Shown here piece after piece: positions 61,616 through 64,000 of a DNA stretch of 64,000 bases. Each line of letters opens with the position of its first letter. Position 1 is the first letter of the stretch. The notes under the pieces were generated by a model. That model saw nothing but the letters and a program-made list of their open reading frames with translations, was not told the origin of the DNA and did not search any database. Made by a program: the position numbers and the translations under genes. The DNA lies in the NCBI GenBank assembly GCA_050015635.1, contig JBEKBA010000008.1, forward strand, positions 15,091 through 79,090, read 5' to 3'. The stretch is from Verrucomicrobiota bacterium. Lineage in GTDB: Bacteria; Verrucomicrobiota; Verrucomicrobiia; Limisphaerales; UBA11358.

Positions 61616-63013
61616 TCAGAACTCCCAATGTAACCGTGCGCCAAAGACTGACACGGGACCGCGATCCCGGTTGAACGCCGGGTCGGTAATGAACTGGTAA
61701 TCCACAGTCGCATGGACAGCTTTCCAGATTTGGAAATCATAATAGGTTTCGATGATTTTTTCCCAGCCATAATTCAAATTGCCGTCGCCGGCCAGAATGC
61801 CCATGCCGCCAGCCTCTAAATATTCCTGCTCCACATGCGAAATGCCGTTCATCACGCCCGCCAGACCAAAGGTGTCGCCGGGCCGCTGCCAGGCTTCACC
61901 CTTGATGCTCAAACCCAATGAAGCCGTGTAATCCACATCGCTGAACATCCACGCCTCTTCTTGGCCGTCATTCCAGCCCAGGCGCGAAAACATGCCGACG
62001 TTCTTCGCAATTTCCTGTTCCCAGTTCAGGCCAAAACCATATTTGTAGCGGTAGGCGCTCGCCGCAGAAATGTCCGCTCCCACACCGTGAGCCTCCAGAA
62101 TAGGAATCGCCTCCGAGTAGCTGGCCATATCAGCTTTATTGAGATAGGCAAGAAACCGAATCGTCCCCGGATGAGCGTTGACGCTGTAACGGCGCTCAAA
62201 TTCCGTCACCATTCCCCAAGCACGTAAAAACGGGCCATCTTGTGCCGAACTGTCAGACGGCCATGTGAGAAGCCGGTCGTCTGCGGTCAAACTATTCTGG
62301 AAGCGCGGCACTTGGAAAAATCCATAGCGCAAAGTCCATTTCGGCTGATTCAATTCCACGGCAAGTCCGGTGTCATATCCGATGGTATCGGCCGGATAAT
62401 CCCACGCCTCGTTGTTCACGAACGCCCAGTTCATGAATTGCGTGCGCGGATCATTGGCGTAAGCGTTGCTGTCAAAAATATCCGGGGCTGCGAACCGTCC
62501 AAGCGTGAGTGTAAGTCGTGAAATATCCTGTTTTCCAGCGAGTGTGAGTTGGTCATCGGACACATCCTCCTGATCGCCGCCAAAGCCGATGGTTTGCCGA
62601 ATGAACAGGCGTGCGATGGTACCGTTAGGATCCGCAGTGCCAATGCGATAGGCTTCGCCGCTGGGAAAGCCTTCCACGCCAAGCGTATTGTCGAGGCCAA
62701 ATCCCTGCCACATAAGGCCGTCAATGTGCGCCTCGGCTCCACTCCATAAGCGGACACCGGCCATCAAATCCAGTGAAACGGTTTCGCGGGTTTGGCCGCC
62801 GTCGGGCAGGCTTTGTGGCCCGGAATACTTCGCCGGAAAGGCAGGATAGCCCTGAACAATGTCGGTGTTTTGAACGTGCCAGTTCCAGGTTTGCCGCGAA
62901 TTGGTGGAAGTCGGTTCAACGGCCAGCGCGGACGTGGAGTTCGTGGACAAATCCGCCGCCGCCGTTATTCCAGCGAAACCAGTGAACGCAGCCAGCAGGC
63001 TGAATTTAAGCAT
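61616..63013 (-). CDS. oprB: Carbohydrate-selective porin (OprB family)
   Basis: Signal peptide; ...FMNWAFVNNEAWDYPADTIGYDTGLAVELN...; beta-barrel-like alternation; C-terminal ...FGARLHWEF (terminal aromatic residue). Confidence 0.75.
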   Translation of the reverse strand: MLKFSLLAAFTGFAGITAAADLSTNSTSALAVEPTSTNSRQTWNWHVQNTDIVQGYPAFPAKYSGPQSLPDGGQTRETVSLDLMAGVRLWSGAEAHIDGLMWQGFGLDNTLGVEGFPSGEAYRIGTADPNGTIARLFIRQTIGFGGDQEDVSDDQLTLAGKQDISRLTLTLGRFAAPDIFDSNAYANDPRTQFMNWAFVNNEAWDYPADTIGYDTGLAVELNQPKWTLRYGFFQVPRFQNSLTADDRLLTWPSDSSAQDGPFLRAWGMVTEFERRYSVNAHPGTIRFLAYLNKADMASYSEAIPILEAHGVGADISAASAYRYKYGFGLNWEQEIAKNVGMFSRLGWNDGQEEAWMFSDVDYTASLGLSIKGEAWQRPGDTFGLAGVMNGISHVEQEYLEAGGMGILAGDGNLNYGWEKIIETYYDFQIWKAVHATVDYQFITDPAFNRDRGPVSVFGARLHWEF

Positions 63014-63155
63014 AAATTAAAAATGTGGAATTTGATACGGGTTTAAATCAACGCTAAGAACGGCGGTGGAATTTGTTGGAATTAACTTGAATTGATTTGA
63101 TATTGTTTGAAATCAAGGACTTACGATTGGAAATGGCGGTTTTCAAAAAAGCGAT

Positions 63156-64000
<845 letters not shown>

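Noticed and set aside
63014-63155. AT-rich oprB upstream spacer with GGAATTTG repeats and the inverted repeat TTGATTT-N11-AAATCAA, as a regulator site or Mg2+ riboswitch.
   Set aside because: The spacer is too short and AT-only to judge. It lies 3' of mgtA, not in its leader, so it cannot be the Mg2+ sensor. Repeats of this size are expected by chance in AT-rich promoter DNA.

Overview
High-GC bacterial chromosome segment. Prepilin-type pseudopilins, PEP-CTERM proteins and many TPR proteins suggest Verrucomicrobiota/PVC, but that is inference only. The window splits into two parts.

(1) About 5.3-25.8 kb is an accessory-looking block that starts right after a tRNA-Glu(CUC). It holds:
- five tandem same-strand paralogues of a TPR+sulfotransferase fusion gene (four intact, one decayed);
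- six toxin-antitoxin-type loci (2 RelE/ParE-like, MazEF, 2 PIN/AbrB, BrnTA);
- two intact HUH/Y1 (RAYT / IS200-like) transposase genes and one remnant;
- two secreted/PEP-CTERM proteins.
Nearly every intergenic spacer in this block is filled with mosaics of short palindromic repeat modules, including a GTAG-flanked REP-like hairpin family. Three sulfotransferase copies share a conserved, strongly structured ~120-210 nt 5' leader.

(2) About 25.8-64 kb is mostly housekeeping:
- rluA-family gene, fmt, adenylate-kinase-like gene;
- phoU-pstBACS, miaB, typA, manC-like gene, trpA;
- a receiver-PAS-PAS-PP2C regulator whose receiver has Glu at the phospho-acceptor position;
- an 8.7 kb cyclic beta-1,2-glucan synthase gene;
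- ErpA/IscA-like protein, OprB-like porin and a partial mgtA.

No rRNA, CRISPR array, integrase or prophage was recognised. The best candidates for something new are the sulfotransferase array with its shared structured leader, the REP/RAYT repeat system, and a terminator/antiterminator-like leader at about 47.4 kb. All similarity calls come from reading motifs by eye. No database search or folding calculation was run.
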